DNA of 64,000 bases from Octopus sinensis (lineage: Eukaryota), in the NCBI RefSeq assembly GCF_006345805.1, contig NC_042998.1:63736001-63800000 (forward strand). The letters run 5' to 3'. The notes under the pieces are model-generated. The model worked only from the letters and a program-made list of their open reading frames with translations. It made no database searches and had not been told where the DNA came from. Shown here piece after piece: positions 28,044-40,777 of the stretch; the stretch's first letter is position 1; each line of letters begins with the position of its first letter. The position numbers and the translations under genes are program-made.

Positions 28044-30419
28044 GTATATGTATATATATTTATACATACATCCACATGCATACATATACATATATATAAA
28101 CACATAAAATATATATATACATGTATTTATATGTATATATACCTGTGTATGTATAAGTATATGAACTGAAGCATATATAAAAATACTTACTTACACCCAT
28201 ACACTAGATATTCATCAAAATGTGTATATTCTCTTCATAAATATAAACCTGTTCATATATTTAATATTCTATTACATAAAATAAATTCCTAGAATTTACA
28301 TGCTAGTAACCGATATTGATTTCTCATGGAACCATACAATGTAGAAGCTGCTCTTGTAATAAATTCCAATCCTGAAATACATAGATATTATATTCTCCAT
28401 GTAGAAAATAATAATGATCTATAAAAACATGTTCTTATTGAATGAAATATTATTTATACTTTCAGTTAGTTGTGTTTAAATCTGATTTCAATGAATATTA
28501 ACAAGAATAATTTTTTATGCATTTGCACATACTTACAGCTACAAATATACTATATATACACATACATACATATATATATATATTTATCTATGTGCGTATG
28601 GTATGTGTGCATGTGTGTACCTTTGTATGTGTATGTGTGGTTATGTGTGTGCGAGTGCGTGTCTGTGCGTATGTCTGTGTGTTTCACTTGACGAGCTTCT
28701 TAGTCACACTGGTTAAATATGACCTCGAGAGAAAATCAGTGAAGTGGAAAACACGTACGGATTGAGTATGCTCATGTTTAGATAGTTTTGGATGTTACTG
28801 TTTATAGAGAAATAATCGCGATTTAACCGCACGCGTATCCTTTTTCTGGTGATGCTCAATGATAATTCACTCACATAATATTCCGACAAAACAATATATA
28901 TTCTGAAATTTTTGACACGAAAACCACTCAACGGTATATTAGTTCCCTCCTCGTCATATATTCTGTATCTAAAATCTTAGAATAATATGCCCTCACTTAC
29001 CACAAAATTCTGTCTCTAAAATAAAAAGCCTCCATATATTCTTCTATTGTGCGCGCTCTTCTTTTTAGATGACAACGTCTAAATGTACAAATTTAACAAC
29101 ACCTATATCGAAATCCCCGATTTAAGAAATCAAAAATCAATGACAAGTCATCATTAATCATACAAAAAGAAGTGCGTATTGAACCTGAATATCAATCATT
29201 AGGTAATCAAATCATATTTCATACAGTTAATAATTCATTGTTCTACTTTCTGAAAAAAAAAATGTACATTCGTAGCTCATCAACGTGAATACGCTATATG
29301 TTGAAAAACGTGTATGTAGTGATCTATTTACATAATACGGGTACATTTTTACACCGATAAATATTAGAAATGAATCTATGTGAGTATCTTTGTCAATTAT
29401 GATACTATCTGTGTGAAGACACTACACACATTTTGAATTTATGATATTGAATAAAACTAAAAATAAAATAATAACCTATACTTTTCATATACAAATTATT
29501 GAACGTGTATGCTTTCCTGTTGCCAATTTTAAAAAGATTGAGAAAATTAAGCAGCTTTCAGCCCGAAATTTCAAGCAGATAATGGGGGATATTAAGTGCC
29601 AAATGGAATTCATTTGTCGTGAATCTGTGGTCGTTGTATTTCCGTTTTCTATGAGTTTATTGAAAAAAATATTTTATAAGAGAAAATGTTAGAGAACAAA
29701 GTACATCGAATAAAACTGTTATCTGTTTCGGCATATATTATTTCATGAAGTTCAAAATTCTGAATAAGTTATGGCTGAAGATTACAAAATGCATTTTCTT
29801 TGAAGCATTCACTTAAAGTAGCATTCACACCCAAATATAAATATACGCAACTGCGCATAAGCATAGAGACGACATATACACATATGTAGATACCTCACTG
29901 ATGGAGCTTGAATTGCATCATCTACAAAGGTGATGACCTTTTCATAAACTATTGCATTAACACACATCATATGGATAGATCTAACAATAAACAAAAACAT
30001 ATTTAAAGAACTGAATATATGAAATTGCAATGAATACTGTCTTGATAGTAAATTTCCTGAATGTAACGATAAGCCTAAACAAATGGGAACCCCAACACTA
30101 CCGTAAAGTCAACAAAGGAAATATAGAGGGAAATAGACTCTCCGATCAGCAGTGATCATACTGTATATGCCATATTCCATAAGCAGACACATATTTATAC
30201 ATTCATCGAAGGAAAAAAAATATTTAACCTGCAACACACAACAATACAGTTGAAGCTAAAAGAGATTTTAACATTAAGTCGAAGAATGTAAAGTAATCAA
30301 CGCTAGTTAATACAAGAGTTAGACTTAGGGAAAGAATGCTGTATAACTCCCCTCATAGTTCTTATGTATGAAATAGGTTTAGTACTTTCTTATACTGATT
30401 ACTACCCGTGTAAAAGCTG

Positions 30420-30477
<58 letters not shown>

Positions 30478-30504
30478 CGTTGAATATGTTTAACCCTAGT
30501 TTGG

Positions 30505-30583
30505 ACCTTCCTGAAGAAGATCAAACATTGTGAGTTCCCCATGACTTGCTAAAAGAAGATCAGAAACCAATTTGTTCCAGGGT
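30505..30583 (+). ncRNA. Type I hammerhead motif, copy 1 (mutated)
   Basis: accttc-CTGAAGA-agatc..gatca-GAAA-ccaatttgt-TC-cagggt. Confidence 0.65.
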
Positions 30584-31013
30584 ACTAGATGGTAAATGTT
30601 TTTTATTTCCCAATTTATTCCTGTCGAATTTTATCCGTTATTTTTGTGGTTTACAGAACCTAGCTGTTCTTTCTAATGTGTTGAATTTCACGTAAAGTGG
30701 ATTCCTTATGTGAATAAATATGCACTATATCGTATGACTAATATATAATCTTCTTGACTAATTGTTTTTGCACGTTAGACCTCTGGAAATGTAAATTTTG
30801 ATTAAATATTTTAATTTTAATTAAATTCCATTTCCCTTTGATATGATTAAATATTGTAAGTTTTTGGATAATTCTCGGTTAAAGTTGGCGGTTTTTATTG
30901 TAGCCAGCGATTGGACTGCGATTGCGCAGAAAAAATTTGAAAAGTTAGTTCGTATGAACACGAGACAAGTAGCCTTGTTTGTCTCCTGTTAAATATGTTT
31001 AACCCTAGGTTGA

Positions 31014-31089
31014 ACCTTGCTGAAGATCAGACCTTGTGAGTTCCCCCTGACTTGCTAAAAGAGGATCTGAAACCAATTTGGTCCAGGGT
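31014..31089 (+). ncRNA. Type I hammerhead motif, copy 2
   Basis: accttg-CTGAAGA-tcaga..gatct-GAAA-cca-att-tgg-TC-cagggt; stems I and III intact, GUC site at 31081-31083. Confidence 0.72.
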
Positions 31090-31351
31090 ACTAGATGGTA
31101 AATGTTTTTCATTTCCAAATTTATTCCTGTCGAATTTTATCCGTTATTTTTGTGGTTTACAGAACCTAGCTGTTCTTTCTAATGTGTTGAATTTCACGTA
31201 AAGTGGATTCCTTATGTGAATAAATATGCACTATATCGTATGACTAATATATAGTCTTCTTGACTAATTTTTTTTGCACGTTAGACCACTGGAAATGTAA
31301 ATTTTGATTAAATATTTTAATTTTAATTATATGCCATTTCTCTTTGATATG

Positions 31352-31399
<48 letters not shown>

Positions 31400-31401
<2 letters not shown>

Positions 31402-31581
31402 AGATCGTTAGCCACTACACACATTTTTTCTCTCTTTGTTTTTTCTGTGTCCCTTTCAGTAGAAGAGCGTAGGCTCGAAACGTAAAAGACTTTTTCCATT
31501 CCTGAGCGTTATACTAATATATCTGTTTGTTTTGTACACCATCTGCCTTCGTCTTTTGTTTTTTTTTTCTTAAACTCTCCC

Positions 31582-31582
<1 letters not shown>
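31400..31582 (+). mobile_element. Short PLE pLTR-like element in (TA)n with a degenerate minimal hammerhead
   Basis: cttt-CAGTAGA-a-gagc-gtag-gctc-GAAA-cg-TA-aaag; related to 9094-9258 and 56803-56885. Confidence 0.55.
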
Positions 31583-31614
<32 letters not shown>

Positions 31615-32949
31615 TATATATACATATATAGCATTTATATCGAAACTCTGGTTAAGTAATTCAACTTACTAGCAAGAACGCCAAAATAAATATGCCATAT
31701 ATTGCGATGCTTCGTCGTTAGATTTCTTTCATAATTTTGACGGAAAAAATGCGGGCGAAATGGTTCCCATAAAAGTAAAATCAAAATTGGACAACTTCTT
31801 CAAAAAGGACTGCTTTATCGATGGCAGTCTCACATGGAATCGATTTTTATAATTTCTTCAAGACTTATACACGCCCTCATACCGTCGGTATCTACATATC
31901 AAATTTGAGCGCAATCGGATGGAGGATGCCTGAGATCTTAGAAGACACTCACACAGGCAGACGGAACGTATTTTACATAATAGATATCTGATTGATTTAG
32001 TGAGCGTGTTCACGTTGTACATGAGCACTTGAAAGAATGTCTGAAAGGAAAGGTATATACACTTAAAATGCATAATGTTCGTGAAACTATTTTTTCCTTC
32101 TTTACAGAATGCCCTTAATATTAGAAATATGCCCTACAATTATTTAGATGATGTTTCTGATTTCTTGGCATATACCTATTATCATTTATTTATTCGGAGT
32201 TGATATGCAGTGGAATGGATGCAGAAGATAAACTGTTGATATCTGTCGGATATTTTGAGGAAGGTTTCCGTGATATAGTGTTCTCCGATGGTAAAGCTTT
32301 TGCTCCCTGCATATTTTAACACGAGAACAATTATGATTAAGGAGAAGGATGATCAAACGTAATTCATATATGTCTGTCACAAGGATATTTTTTGTGTTTC
32401 AGAATAGATTTCTTTCTCATAGAAAGTTGTTTTAGAATTTTCGATTATTCGTAGTCAGTTTGAAAGACTATATAGATCTCCAAAATTGGCTCGTCTGAAG
32501 ATAATGTTTCCTGCGTTATGAAATGAACTCAGGACATCGTCAGCAACTTACAGTCTTTATAGTTAATATTTCTAAGATTATTTGGATATATTCGACAATC
32601 TTTCATGTGTATATTTCATTCAATGAATGCTTATATGGGCATTCGTGTTTTAAGGTTATTATCGACCGCGCAAAAACTTCAAAAGCATATCTATATTTTT
32701 TCTATTTCTATTGATATATTTCAGAAATGGTGCAGCTTCTCTCTCCGTGGAGTATCATTTCTCTGTTATTGCATTTTGCATAGAAAAGATTATTCCCTAC
32801 TGTAAATGAAGCCTACAGTATATGTTCATCCTGATGTACAGGGCAGTGTCAAACAAATGGAAAATAGCAAGGAAACATTACTGATGCGCAGCACACTTAT
32901 ACGAACACTCTGCTTTCATGTATGTGTATAAGTATGTATGTATACATAT

Positions 32950-32987
<38 letters not shown>

Positions 32988-33045
32988 CGGTGTCGGTGTC
33001 TGATTGTGTGTAGGTGTGTGTGTACATGTGCATCATGTACAAAGA

Positions 33046-33072
33046 CAGAGAGAGAGAGGGAGAGAGAGAGAA

Positions 33073-33168
<96 letters not shown>

Positions 33169-33169
33169 A

Positions 33170-33203
<34 letters not shown>

Positions 33204-33210
33204 CGAGCGA
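33046..33210. repeat. (AG)n microsatellite
   Basis: Direct reading. Confidence 0.95.
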
Positions 33211-33648
33211 GAACAAGAGAAGAGGGAAAACAGAAGGAGAAGTGAGCAAGAGCATAGAACGTTGAAAGTGAAACAATTATTTAATCGGACAAAGCATAAA
33301 TACCAATATGTTCCCTGCGCCTTATATAGTGCTAAACACTATAGCAAAATCACAAACGTTTTCATACACTATTACAAAATCACAAACGTTTTCATTCCAC
33401 ATCTATGAGCAGAGAAGGGGAACAGCAGCTTGAAATCAAGTCAAAAGTGTGAAAAAAATTCTTGCTGTTTCTTAACAGATTGCACCATTAAAAATATAAC
33501 GTCAAGAGATTATTATGTGTAGAAATTTCCATTACGAGTGGTGAGTGTTTTGAAATGAGTAAAATAACTAATTTAACATGTAATTATAGTAAGCATATGC
33601 AAAAACCTTGACATACCTCCATGCACACACACACACACACACATATAT

Positions 33649-33716
<68 letters not shown>

Positions 33717-33785
33717 TATATACTCAACACACCTGCATACATACAGATTTACATATAAATAGATATACACTCACATTATATACAT

Positions 33786-33945
33786 AGGCGTGGCTGTATG
33801 ATAAGTAGCTTGCTTACCAACCACATGATTTCGAATTCAGTCCCAGTGCGTGGCACATTGGGCAGGTGCCCTCTACTATTGCTTTGGGTCGACCAGAGAC
33901 TTGTGAGCGGATTTGGTAGACGGAAACTGAAGGAAACCTTTCGTA
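33786..33945 (+). mobile_element. SINE family A, 5' half
   Basis: aggcgtggctgtatgataagtagcttgcttaccaaccacatg..gtagacggaaactgaaggaaacc; homologous to 8297. Confidence 0.8.
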
Positions 33946-33954
33946 TATATATAT

Positions 33955-35972
33955 GTATTATGTCTGAGATGTAATGTTGGGAATCAACTTCGTTCGCTTC
34001 TCTTACGTCAATATCAGTGGGATCACTAAAGACAGAGCAGTATTGTTTCTGCAGTATTTCTGCCATTTCTTTAGCATCGTAATGGGGAATGCCGTTATCA
34101 TCGCTCAATGGCCCAATTGGTGAGACAGCGGTCCTATGCTTATTTACATAGTAATAGAACACTTTTGGGTTCTTTTTGATGTTTTTGATTACCCACTATT
34201 CCTCCGCAGCTATTCGATTTTCATGTCAGTCTGTAGATGAAGTTTTTCCAACTCAAGCCTTTTCATTGTTGTTGAATTTAGATGTTGTATGAGGGAGTAT
34301 TGTAATTGGTTGATTTTTTTTAATTGTGTCTTTTCATGCGCCTGATGAGTGTTTTTTTTTTTCTTTTTAAGGAGCCGGTTTCTGTTTGTGTTAATGGATT
34401 TCGTAGGAGCGTGTTTTGAGTATGTATAGGTGACAATGTTTTCAAAGTGCTGTCATGCGGTCTCAATGTGAATGGAAGTGAGAATGAAAAACCAGTCGAT
34501 GGAGGGCAGATCCTTTCTGACTGCTCTCCAGTCCGGTTTGTGGAAGTTTATGTTGTCAAATGAATGCCATGGAGTGGGATTGGCTGGTATGGTTTTGATA
34601 TGCCGGGAATCGAAATTGCAGAGTATTACGTCGTCGTCTGAGAGGAGAGTTTTTTCAACTGAAATACTGTGAATGGAGTGGTTGGTTAATATTAGATCCA
34701 AGATCGTTTTATTCTGTCTTGCTGATTCGAGCATTATCTGAGTCAGGAAAAATTTATCTATTAGATCAAAGAGTAATTCTGCTGCTGCTTTATCTGATGT
34801 AGAACATTTGCCTAACCTCTGAGTATTTATGGGCCAGTGTATAAGAGGGAGGTTAAAATCACCCACCATTAGTATATTTCCGAAGTTGCATTTTTGAAGG
34901 AAGGACTTGATTCTGTTGAGGCACACTTCAAAGCAATTTAGATGTGATTGGGGAGGCCTGTAAAGATCAACAATGATGATGTCTTTGGCCTTGTTGAATA
35001 TTGATATAGATTAACAATAGCCATTGGAAAATATGTCCTTGGCATCAACTGAAAAGTAGTCATAGAGAAAGATGGCTGCCCCCCCTATATTTCGGTCTGT
35101 GCGATTTGCAAGTACGATGGTGAAATCTTATATTTTCACCTCGGCACCCATATGTGTGCTGTTCAGGTGAGTTTCAGTAAGGATAAAGAAAAGGAAGCAA
35201 CTCTCTATATATGGGGTCCTCCATTTTTGGCAATAATTGATGGGTTCATGCCAGGTATATTTAATAAGAATGTCGAGGTAAGGGCAGTTTGATATTTACA
35301 TTGTTCTAAGTTATGTATTATGTTGTTCAGTGGTAGCAATGAGGGTGGTTTTTGTATGGAGCTGTATGTGTATGATTTTCTAGTTTGTGGTGGGTGTGTG
35401 TTCATTGTATTTTGCATAAAAAGGTTGCTGATAACTCGTTGGATCTCCTGGCTTAGATCGGCTTACATATTTCCTAGATAAGTTAGTAAAAAATACATCG
35501 TAAAGTATATTTGCCACTTAAATGTGGCTAACCCCTAAGGGTATATGCTACTGTAGCTTCTAGCTCTAGGAGGACACCTGGAGCTACAAGCTACAGTAGC
35601 ATCCACTCTCAGGGGTTAGCCACATTTAAGTGACAGTTATACCTTACGATGTCATGCAGCTACTGTTTATACCTCGCTCAGAGATTTATTATTGTTAGTA
35701 AAAAAGAGTTGCCTCTTTGGTTTGTCACTTGGTCAGAGGATACATAGTTCATGTTTATGTTATTTGGTGTTATGGCTTTTCCACCGTTCTGTCTTCGTTG
35801 TTTGGTTGTAGGAGGTGAAATGTGGTTGTATTTTGGTTTTGTTGTTGTAGGTCTCCTCTGTTGCTCTTTATATTTATTTTTCGATCGTTATGTGGTGGTT
35901 GCATTCTGGCTTCAAGTACATCTTTAATGACACAGATGTTTGGCACAATTTAGGATGGAAGAAGGTGCAATG
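33955..35972 (-). mobile_element. CR1-group LINE 5' portion: ORF1 Cys/His finger remnant plus APE endonuclease, degenerate
   Basis: CTFFHPKLCQTS..CNHH; ILTETHL, MVGDFNLP, ILDLILTN, AEILQKQYCSVF. Confidence 0.85.
35494..35693. mobile_element. 200 bp fold-back insertion into the CR1 element, 12-bp TSD; same family as 17741 and 62199
   Basis: Palindrome 35495-35652; TSD gttagtaaaaaa at 35482-35493 and 35694-35705. Confidence 0.85.
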
Positions 35973-36057
35973 CATATATATATACTTATATATATATACT
36001 TATATGTGTAAGTATGCACATATACGTATGTATATATTCACAGATATATCTATCTAA

Positions 36058-36129
<72 letters not shown>

Positions 36130-36213
36130 AAGGGTGAAAAGGAACACACGAGTTGATATATATGAAAATACAAGTCAAAAATAGAAAATGCTAAAATAAT
36201 TTTATAGTGAACA

Positions 36214-36257
36214 TTTCAGTACCGGTTTCGGTCATTTTGAGACCTTTTCAACTGTAA
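36214..36257 (-). ncRNA. Hammerhead motif in the inverted pLTR (U3-A8 variant)
   Basis: ttacag-TTGAAAA-ggtc-tcaaaat-gacc-GAAA-ccgg-TA-ctgaaa. Confidence 0.7.
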
Positions 36258-36300
36258 CGATTAAATAATTAAATTTAGAAAAATTAGACGAAAAGTTTTT

Positions 36301-37091
36301 TCTATAGTCTCTAACGCAAACACCAGAGACACACGACTACAAGAACTAAAAGATACCCTAATCACCAGGAACTATCCACCTTCACTTATTGACAAGTGCA
36401 TTCAACGTGCCCTTCAACTTAACATCAAGGAACTGAGACATCCCAAATCAAAGAAAAACTTACAACCAAAAGCCTTACCATACATCTCCATACACAACCC
36501 TCTCAATAACGAAGCCTTCGACACCATCCTCCACAACATACCCCTCCTAAAAAAAGACCACAGAATGAACACATCCTCCAAACACACACGATCATAAAAA
36601 GCAAAAGACAGCCTAGATCCATGAAAAGTCTCCTTACACAAGCCCGAATTCACTCCTCAACACAGAAGCCGACAGTAAAAAAATGTGGAAGACCCAATTG
36701 CGGGATATGCGACTATCTAATTGAGGGATCAGAGTTCTCCTTCAAGCAGGGACAACGGTTTACAGTGAAAAGCAACTTCACATATGCTTCGGAGAACCTA
36801 ATATACTCACTAACCTGCTCCGGGTGTCAAGAGCAGTACATAGGCCAAACAAAAAATGGTTTGCGTAAACGAATGGCCCTGCACAGATCCCAGATAAAAA
36901 TTCCCCAAAACAGAAAAATAGCTTTTAGCCAACACATAGATACTTGCGCCAACAAAAAAACACCAAACTTCAGAATTTTCCCCCTCTACCAATTTAGGGA
37001 CGATACAACCTCGAGACAACGAATAAGTAAAGAAAATCTCTTTATTACAAAATACAAGCCACTTCTAAACGGGTCTACGACAAACAATTAA
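36301..37091 (+). pseudogene. PLE RT C-terminal region plus Cys finger plus GIY-YIG endonuclease (one frameshift near 36580)
   Basis: RLQELKDTLITRNYPPSLI, KCGRPNCGIC, NLIYSLTCSGCQEQYIGQT..RMALH, KE..I..LLN. Confidence 0.92.
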
Positions 37092-37244
37092 TATACCTCA
37101 ACTTTAGAATAAAAGAAAAAAATATATATACACACAAATATTACACCCCATAGAATCCATTACTAATCAGCCCCTTCATAGCTATACTTACACCCATTCA
37201 TATTCCCCCTTCTCTGTTTTTTTCTTCTTCTTCTTCTTCCTCTT

Positions 37245-37603
37245 ATTTATTTAAATTTTAGAAGGATTTACCATTAATGCGTTAGAATGTTATTTATAAA
37301 TTTAATATTTCAAACAAGAATTTATGTCGTAGAGACTTTGCATTCAGAAGTAAATAATTATTGAATATTTCTCAGGATAGTTCTAATCAAGCAAACATAT
37401 TCACCGAAATCTCCCTTGGCCACTATGATAGTTTGACAAATTTTATCCATTTACTTCTTATAAAGGCTTCAGGAATAATTTCAGAGAAATGAATATCTAT
37501 TTCAAGCAGGTCATGCAAACTTACAAGAGCGTTCTAAAACTAGAACATTGACGTATAAATATTTGTTGATACATGCTGCAGGTATGTATATATTAATTTA
37601 TTC
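37245..37603. repeat. 359 bp inverted duplicate of 38810-39168
   Basis: Appears identical by eye to the reverse complement; sits inside the CTT/CAT tract of the PLE 3' region. Confidence 0.92.
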
Positions 37604-38170
37604 TTCATCATCATCATTATCATCATCATCGTCGTCATCATCATCACCACCATCATCACCACCATCTTCTCCTTCTCCTCCTTCTTCTTCATCATCATCA
37701 TTATCATCATCATCGTCGTCATAATCATCACCACCACCACCATCATCGTCATCTTCTCCTTCTCCTTCTTCTTCTTCTTCTTCTTCTTCTTCTACTTCTC
37801 CACCCCCTACCCCTTAACTTTGTCACTAATGTTTTTTAGTATAACACCTACGCTAATTCTATAAACCTACGCTAATTCTATAAACAAGCCTGTCAATATA
37901 AATATTCTCCTGAATTGAACTGAGACTGCCAGCCGCCACTGACCATTCAAAATACGACCATCAGGGCACTCCCAGATTCTCCCATCCCCCTTTCCCCACC
38001 AGCCTTCTTCCTCTACTACCCTTCCAAGAACTCACAACGACCTCCGACACACAAGTGCAAACAAGGGAGTCAGAGAAAGGCAGAATGCCACTTAAATCTG
38101 AACACTACTATAGAAATATTCTTTTAAAAAAACTTTTCTTCTAATTTTTCTAAATTTAATTATTTAATCG

Positions 38171-38214
38171 TTATAGTTGAAAAGGTCTCAAAATGACCGA
38201 AACCGGTACTGAAA
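38171..38214 (+). ncRNA. Hammerhead motif in the 3' pLTR (U3-A8 variant)
   Basis: ttatag-TTGAAAA-ggtc-tcaaaat-gacc-GAAA-ccgg-TA-ctgaaa; palindromic stem III. Confidence 0.7.
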
Positions 38215-39389
38215 TGTTCACTATAAAATTATTTTAGCATTTTCTATTTTTGACTTGTTTTTTCATATATATATATATATATACATACGCATATATATAT
38301 GTTTATATATATACATGTGTTTGAATATACGTATATATACATACACACACACATACACATATATATATACATATGTCGGCGTGTGTGTATGTGTGCATCT
38401 GTGCATGTATGTGTATCTTTGAAGGTAATTATAAATAAATGCATGTACCTACTTAACCATGTGGATAATTACCTTGAGGATGAGTAGTGATCCTTTATTT
38501 TTTGCCTGAAAAACTACAATTTACTCTATTGTGGGAATACCGATACTGTTTATATCGGTTCTATGGAGGCGTAATGCGGATTACACGCTAGAACACCAAA
38601 ATCAATATGCAATATATTGCAATGTTTACTGAATGAGATGAAGATGAAAATTTTATTTCTTGGGGCTGTTACTCTACCATTCACTTCCGATATCGCATTT
38701 ATTGCCAAAACGTATCCTTATACATTCTCATCTGCTGGTCTACTTTTAATTATTATATCGATATTTCATGTATAAACGTTTTGAAATAGGCTTCAACTAA
38801 TGCATCTTGGAATAAATTAATATATACATACCTGCAGCATGTATCAACAAATATTTATACGTCAATGTTCTAGTTTTAGAACGCTCTTGTAAGTTTGCAT
38901 GACCTGCTTGAAATAGATATTCATTTCTCTGAAATTATTCCTGAAGCCTTTATAAGAAGTAAATGGATAAAATTTGTCAAACTATCATAGTGGCCAAGGG
39001 AGATTTCGGTGAATATGTTTGCTTGATTAGAACTATCCTGAGAAATATTCAATAATTATTTACTTCTGAATGCAAAGTCTCTACGACATAAATTCTTGTT
39101 TGAAATATTAAATTTATAAATAACATTCTAACGCATTAATGGTAAATCCTTCTAAAATTTAAATAAATTGGATTCATCACTAAAAAATATTTCTTCCCTT
39201 CGTCTCATGAATAAATTTCTTTAGCAAAATTTTCACCGGAATCGAACAATCCAATGACGACCATACAATCCCTTCCTTTTTGTGACGTAGAAAATAGTTC
39301 TTTTTCATTTAAGGCAATATTATTTAGGTCTCTATGAGCATTATTTTGATTGCAAAATGTTTGGCCAGGATAAAAGCTGAGACCCACAT

Positions 39390-40680
39390 GCGTGTTGTGT
39401 AACCTGTATCAAGATTCCCACTGCATGGCTTAAGGATTCACGACATATGCCTTTTGCCATTCCTATGATTTGGTGAGAGTCCAAAAATCACACTTCAAGT
39501 AGCTAGTTCTGCATGACGAATATACAAGGTGTAACATCACAATCCAAGCATACTGTAAAATACCTTCATTTACAGTCTACTATAAAACCAGTACTTCACA
39601 GTCAGCACTTACCTGTGCCTGGCCCTCCAAAACAAATGACACTTAGTGACGACGAGTCAAGTGATGAAGATTTGGAGAAAGAAACATAAGACATGGACTT
39701 TGAGCCTGACCATTCTTCAAGTGAACCACATTTGTTGAGTCAGACAAATCTGAATGACCTTGTGGGAGATTTAAGATTGTCGAAAAAGCAAGCTAAACTC
39801 TTGGTTCCAGGTTAAAGGGCTGGCATCTTCTCCAGGAAAAGATCGAAGTTTTTATCGTGCTTGGCATTGTGATTTTGCAACGTTTTTCTCACTTGAGGAT
39901 GGTGCGATATTTTTTAATGATGTATATTCTGCTATGGAGAAACTTAACCACAAATAGAACACGAATGAGTGACGTTTGTTTATTGATTCATCCAAAGTAA
40001 GCGTCAAAGCAGTTTTACTCCACAACTGAAATAAGTTTTACAAGTAGCTAACATTAAGGAAGCATGAGAATATGAAGTTTCTGTTGTTAAATAACTAAGT
40101 ATGAGGAACTTAAATAGAATAATCGTGGGGACCTACAGGTTGTGGCACTTTTACTTGGAATCCAACAGGGTTGTATCAAATTTTATTGCTTTCTCTGTGA
40201 GTAGGTCAGTCGGGATAAGAACAATCATGATGTAAAGAATGTGTGACCGAAATGATCTCTGACACCTGGACAAAAGAATATCATCAATCCTCCCCTTGTT
40301 GATTTTAGGGAAATCTATCTGCCTCCTTTGCATATTGAGCTAAGGTTGATGAACAATTTCGCCAAAGGTAGCGATAGATCTGTCGAGGGATTCACGTGTT
40401 TGAAAACTAAGTTTCCAAGAGTAAGCGATGCAAAAATCAAGGAAGGCACATTTGGCCACAGATTATGGACCAGATGAGAGACTAAAAATCTGATGAAGAG
40501 CTCAATTATGCTGAAAAAGATGTTTTGGCTATCATTTAAGAAAGTTTACAGAATGATTTGGGGGAGTCACAGAGCAGAGAACATAGAAAGTTTTGGGATG
40601 CAATATAATCCCCTAATTACCTTTCTTGAAATCTCACTTCAACTTTCACCCTGCATATCTTGGGGCTGTCAGTGACGAGC
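39390..40680 (+). pseudogene. Chapaev3-like (CMC) DNA transposase relic
   Basis: IPMIW*ESKNH, LNDLVGDLRLSK, RLFIDSSKVSVKAVLLH, GDLQVVALLLGIQQG..FYCFLCE, LPPLHIEL, LGAVSDE; many stops. Confidence 0.78.
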
Positions 40681-40741
40681 AGTGCTAGAGGTTTTAATAG
40701 TATATAAAAGCTGAACTTCTTGTGAGTAGTGAGTATTAGCG

Positions 40742-40777
<36 letters not shown>

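Larger units (their letters stand above)
30479..31355 (+). mobile_element. Retrozyme/pLTR-like element: two ~370 bp direct repeats with a ~140 bp spacer, in (TA)n
   Basis: 30479-30849 is highly similar to 30988-31355; each repeat has a hammerhead motif; long TA runs on both sides; no ORF. Confidence 0.85.
36161..38265 (+). mobile_element. Penelope-like element (Neptune type), 5'-truncated with inverted pLTR
   Basis: 36161-36300 is the reverse complement of ~38126-38265; coding remnant 36301-37091; (TA)n flanks. Confidence 0.92.

Noticed and set aside
32090-32205. Strong-looking splice acceptors (also near 6155, 58850 and 59007)
   Set aside because: No coherent coding exon chain; such sites are expected by chance in AT-rich DNA
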